Shown here: one piece after another, positions 60,161 to 64,000 of the stretch
Layout: each line of letters begins with the position of its first letter
How positions within the stretch are numbered: the first letter of the stretch is position 1
From: Myxococcota bacterium
GTDB taxonomy: Bacteria; Myxococcota_A; UBA796; UBA2385
NCBI GenBank assembly: GCA_044344255.1
Contig: JBIJDH010000003.1
Coordinates: 525,485 to 589,484 of the forward strand
Reading direction: 5' to 3'
DNA length: 64,000 nucleotides
The notes under the pieces: model-generated
Databases searched by the model: none
Told to the model about the DNA's origin: nothing
What the model saw: only the letters and a program-made list of their open reading frames with translations
Made by a program: the position numbers and the translations under genes

Positions 60161-60769
60161 TTATGGCGGAGCGCCGGTGTCGGCCGTCGCCTCGTGGAAC
60201 ACAAAGGAGCCCTGCCACTTCATGCTGCAGGTGGCAGGGCGAGGCATGGCATCGCAGGCCGTGCCTGTGCCGACGTGCGTTCGAGCCACGTCCAAGGCAA
60301 ACTCGACGGGGCTGGTGATTCGGCCGGCGACGACTGTGTGCTCGGTCACCACGCAGTCTGACCCATCCGGCGCCGAGAAGTCCTTCGTGGAGTCGCCTCG
60401 CATCCGCCCTCGGTTGGACGCCTCTAGGAGCACGTAGCCCCACAGCAGGGTGTTGGTGCCGTCCGAGGTCGCCGGCACCTGCGCGACCGTGCCGGGCTCC
60501 AGCGGTTCTTCGCAGGTGTTCTCGGGGATACTGTCCACCGTCATGTCATAAACCCCCGGGCGGATGGCCACGACCTCCCACTCCTCCGGGGGAGGCCCGC
60601 TGTCCTCCGTCGTGCCGGTGTCGTCGCCCTCGCCCTCGCCTGCGCGAGAGGGCAGATCCTTGTTGGTGTTCTTGTCCGTCGCTGTGCAAGCGGAGACCGT
60701 GGCACACAGGCAGACCGCCCAGAGAAAGCGGACCGAAGCAGGCTGTGGTCGAACGTGGCGCGGGCGCAT
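60161..60769 (-). CDS. hypothetical lipoprotein
   Basis: VSAC lipobox, acidic linker, Cys-containing beta domain; GGAGG RBS. Confidence 0.65.
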   Translation of the reverse strand: MRPRHVRPQPASVRFLWAVCLCATVSACTATDKNTNKDLPSRAGEGEGDDTGTTEDSGPPPEEWEVVAIRPGVYDMTVDSIPENTCEEPLEPGTVAQVPATSDGTNTLLWGYVLLEASNRGRMRGDSTKDFSAPDGSDCVVTEHTVVAGRITSPVEFALDVARTHVGTGTACDAMPRPATCSMKWQGSFVFHEATADTGAPP

Positions 60770-60973
60770 GTGGCCTCCCAGTGGGGGCAGCCTGACCACA
60801 GCGTGGCCTGCCGTCAAGGGGGCGCTCCATCCCGACGGCTGGTGCTCCTCCTGCCAGGGGCGGTCATGCGTGCTAACGTCTCGATCAACCGCCCAGCTCA
60901 AGAGGCCTCCCCTGCCGGACCGACCGAACATCGCTGGTCTACCCACCGGAACCCGAGAGGCAAAAGACAGGGC

Positions 60974-62824
60974 ATGAGCGAGGCGGCGGATGGAGCCGGC
61001 TTCCCGGACGGCACGCCGATGCGCCTGGGGCGGTATCGGCTGGTGCGGCCGATCTCCACGGGGGGGATGGCACATGTCTTCGAAGCGCGGAGGGACAGCA
61101 TCGCCGGGGTGTCCCCCCGGGTGGCGATCAAGGTCATCCTTCCGCACTTTGCGGCTGACCTCGGCTTCCGGGAGCTCTTCGTCAACGAAGCGAGGGTGGG
61201 GTCGCTGCTGCACCATCAGAACTTGGTGCAGATTCAGGACTTCGACAGCGAGGGCGATCGCTACTTCATCGTGATGGAGTACGTCGAAGGCTTCACATTG
61301 CGGCGCGCGATCAGCCTTTACAAGCGAAGCGGGCTGCGGTTGAGCCTGTCCACGGTGGCCGAGATCGGTCGCCAGGTCTGCGATGGACTCCACCATGCCC
61401 ACGCGGCCTGCTCGGAAGGTGGGCAGCACCTTCATCTGGTGCATCGGGACGTCAAGCCGAGCAACCTCATCCTCAACCCGCAGGGGGTCGTGAAGATCCT
61501 CGACTTCGGGATCAGCAAGGCGCGGATCCTCGCTGAAGAGAACGGCGCGGTCCGCGGGACCTGGGGCTACATGGGCCCGGAGCAGGCGGATGGTCTGGAT
61601 GTTGGGCCTGGCGCGGACCTCTTCGGGCTCGCCTCCGTCATCTACGAGCTCGCCCAGTTCGAGCCGCTGTTCCCGGAGAAGGACCCCTTCGTCATCCGGC
61701 GGCTCCTGGATGAGGATCAGGCCGCTCGTCGTGCCAGTCAGCTCCCGTCCACTTTCTCGCCTCTCATCCGAGTCCTGGTTCGTGCGCTCCAGCGAGACCC
61801 CGCCGCGCGGTTCCCCACCGCGGCCGCGATGGGTCGGGCTTTCGGCGAGCTGGTCACCGATCCGGTGACAGCGAGGGAGGAGGTGGTCGCGCTCCACAGC
61901 TCCCTCGCGACCCTCTCCGGAGGGTCGGCGCCAGAGCGAGCGAAGGCGGCACCCCATGCCCTCCGAGCTCCGCAGACCCCGGCGCCGGTCTCGACGATGG
62001 CGCCTCGAGCTGGTCTGCCTGTGGTGGTCGGTGACGGGCATCGCCCCCATCCGTCGTCGCCGCCCGCTTCACGAGCAACGACCTTCTCTTGGTGGGCGCC
62101 GATGGCGGCGACGCTGTTCCTCGTGGTCGCATTTGCGGTGTTGCTGTTCACCGCTTCGCGCGTCCTGCTGCCCCGCTGGTCGGGGAGATCCGAGTCGCCG
62201 ACCTCCCCGACCAGCCTTGTCACAGCTGCATCTACGCAGGACGACGCGGCCCTGACGGATCCGCCGCCGCCTGCGACCATCGCGGGCCCTCCTGTAGAGG
62301 GAGCGGTGGCCCAGAGCCCGGTGCCCGCGCCGGCGCGAGAGGCCGCTCAGTCCGAACAGCCGATGGCCGAGGCGGAGAATCCGCGGATCACGCCTCATCC
62401 GGGCGCACCTGCGGGGGTGTCGCTCGAACATACGGCGTCGCAGATGCCGGCGCCCCCCGGAGGTGACAGCGAGAGCACGGCCGCCGTCCCCGTCCCGAAC
62501 CCGTCGGCGCCGGACGCCGATCTCCCGTCGAGCCCAGCGCCAGCGCCGTCCAGCCCGCCGGCGGCCACCGCCGGGGTTGGCGCCACCGCGGCTCAGGGGG
62601 CGACCTCTCTCACCATCTCCTCCGAGCCCCGTGCCCAGGTGTTGATCGACGGGGTCTTTGTCCGATACACGCCGCTCTACCGGTACCGCTGTGAGCCGGG
62701 CCCGCACACCGTGACCCTGGTGGTGGACGACGGGCGCCGCACAACCTTTCGGCTCGAGGTGGCGGAGGGCGAGCAGCTGCGGCGAGTGTGGTCCTTCGAA
62801 CGAGGAGACTTCGTCAGCCCCTGA
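60974..62824 (+). CDS. Ser/Thr kinase with TM, Pro-rich linker and PEGA domain
   Basis: GGMAHVF, VAIK, HRDVKPSN, DFGISK, GTWGYMGPEQ; ISSEPRAQVLIDG..TP..GPHTV. Confidence 0.9.
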   Translation: MSEAADGAGFPDGTPMRLGRYRLVRPISTGGMAHVFEARRDSIAGVSPRVAIKVILPHFAADLGFRELFVNEARVGSLLHHQNLVQIQDFDSEGDRYFIVMEYVEGFTLRRAISLYKRSGLRLSLSTVAEIGRQVCDGLHHAHAACSEGGQHLHLVHRDVKPSNLILNPQGVVKILDFGISKARILAEENGAVRGTWGYMGPEQADGLDVGPGADLFGLASVIYELAQFEPLFPEKDPFVIRRLLDEDQAARRASQLPSTFSPLIRVLVRALQRDPAARFPTAAAMGRAFGELVTDPVTAREEVVALHSSLATLSGGSAPERAKAAPHALRAPQTPAPVSTMAPRAGLPVVVGDGHRPHPSSPPASRATTFSWWAPMAATLFLVVAFAVLLFTASRVLLPRWSGRSESPTSPTSLVTAASTQDDAALTDPPPPATIAGPPVEGAVAQSPVPAPAREAAQSEQPMAEAENPRITPHPGAPAGVSLEHTASQMPAPPGGDSESTAAVPVPNPSAPDADLPSSPAPAPSSPPAATAGVGATAAQGATSLTISSEPRAQVLIDGVFVRYTPLYRYRCEPGPHTVTLVVDDGRRTTFRLEVAEGEQLRRVWSFERGDFVSP

Positions 62825-62901
62825 CGTGCTGCACGCCACCCGTGTGCGGCAGAGTGTCAGAGCCGTGGCCCAGACGCGCCGGGCCCCCGATCTCGGCCTC
62901 C

Positions 62902-63375
62902 CTATACCTGTGCGGGGAGGCGATCCATGAACCGCTCGACGCACCTGCGGAGGTCGTCCCGGCAGGTTCGGAAGCGCCACCGCCAGCCGCCGTAGGGATC
63001 CTTGATCTCGGAGAGGCCCCCGAAGCTGGCGAGCTGAAGCACCTTGCCCTCCGAGCCTGGGTGATCCTTGTGCAGGACCATCTGGTGCGCGAGCTCCATT
63101 ACCAGGATGTGATCCGCCCACAGGACCAGCTCGGGGGTGACCGCTCCGCTCTGGTGCTTGGAGATGTTGATGGACACCTCCTGCATGACCCGCACAGCGG
63201 TGGGGTCAGCGGCGCGTCCGATGAGCCCGAGCACACCCGCCGAGCGAACCTCCGTCGCCCAGCCTCGATCAGTCGCGTAGGCGCGGGCGAGGCCCTCAGC
63301 CATCGGCGAACGACAAATGTTCGCGGTGCACACAAAGACGAGGCGAGAAGGGCGGGAGGCGCTCGGCCGTTCCAT
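62902..63375 (-). CDS. low-molecular-weight protein tyrosine/arginine phosphatase
   Basis: VCTANICRSPMAE, SAG, IKDPYG. Confidence 0.9.
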   Translation of the reverse strand: MERPSASRPSRLVFVCTANICRSPMAEGLARAYATDRGWATEVRSAGVLGLIGRAADPTAVRVMQEVSINISKHQSGAVTPELVLWADHILVMELAHQMVLHKDHPGSEGKVLQLASFGGLSEIKDPYGGWRWRFRTCRDDLRRCVERFMDRLPAQV

Positions 63376-63620
63376 CAGGTCGCTCGGAGCAGTAGGAGTC
63401 CAAGAAAAGCGGAAGTCCGTGCGGTGGCGCACCGCCGCCCGAACTGCCGGCGGTCAGCCGGGATCGGCGCTGCCGACCGACCGTCACCTCACGCGACGGC
63501 CAGGCTCGATTCAGCCCGCTCTTAACGGCAGCAAGGCGAGGGTGCCGATCGGGGACCTCCAGCGTGGGGGCCAAGCCCTCGGAGGCCGAGAGCACCCACG
63601 AGCGTTTGGGACTCGAAGCC

Positions 63621-63887
63621 TTGACACCCTGGCGGATCCGGATATCAGGGCGGGCGCCGGGGGTGACCCCGGAAGCTCTTTCTACCTCGGTACGGCACCC
63701 GCTCTTCAGTGTTTGAGTCCTGTCAGCCTTGACAAGACGAGGGACCCTGAGTAGACTGCTGGGCCACCCCGAAAAGGGTGGCCTGCTCGGGTGGCAAAAA
63801 ACCTTCTGAAGTCGCTTGACGGATGTAGGCTGCCAGAGTAGATAAGCGAAACCAAGACGCTGCTGGGCGTTTGCGGTCTTTGAAAAC
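63621..63887 (+). promoter_or_regulatory. rrn tandem promoters and antitermination leader
   Basis: TTGACA 63621 with weak -10; TTGACA-17-TAGACT 63729-63757; TTGACG-17-TAGATA 63816-63844; boxB-like hairpin then boxA-like GGTCTTTGAAAAC 63875-63887. Confidence 0.75.
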
Positions 63888-63932
63888 CAGATAGCAACTC
63901 TCGTTTGAAACAAGTAAGAGTTTTTGTGGATT

Positions 63933-64000
<68 letters not shown>

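Noticed and set aside
60098..60202. parS-like half sites (TGTTCCACG, CGTGGAACA)
   Set aside because: No complete 16-bp palindrome, and the halves are far apart.

Overview
A very GC-rich, gene-dense chromosomal window, inferred to be from a myxobacterium-like (Myxococcota) genome because of MYXO-CTERM-like tails, a CglF/GltF-like protein, PEGA-bearing Ser/Thr kinases and FG-GAP lipoproteins. Housekeeping content: the 3' end of a type III glutamine synthetase, tldD-tldE, rimP-nusA-ylxR-infB-DUF503 with a terminator-like leader, prfC, an IscA-type protein, an M16 peptidase pair, tryptophanase, pdhA/pdhB/pdhC, two identical tRNA-Leu(GAG) genes, and the promoter region and first 68 nt of a 16S rRNA gene. 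I saw no transposase, integrase, prophage or CRISPR array. The two best candidates for undescribed systems are (1) a tightly coupled operon of a TPR-like protein, a 77-aa putatively exported peptide with a G11 tract and an ECF-like sigma factor with no recognisable anti-sigma (46433-47931), resembling peptide-signalling modules, and (2) an NRPS-free dpgA-dpgB-GNAT-CmlA-like diiron MBL cluster (29830-34008). Other oddities are a palindromic AT-rich patch at a radical SAM CxxxCxxC motif, a duplicated tRNA transcription unit splitting the pdh genes, a subtilase with Thr at the catalytic Ser position and an orphan antitoxin. All family calls come from motif recognition by eye; no searches were run.
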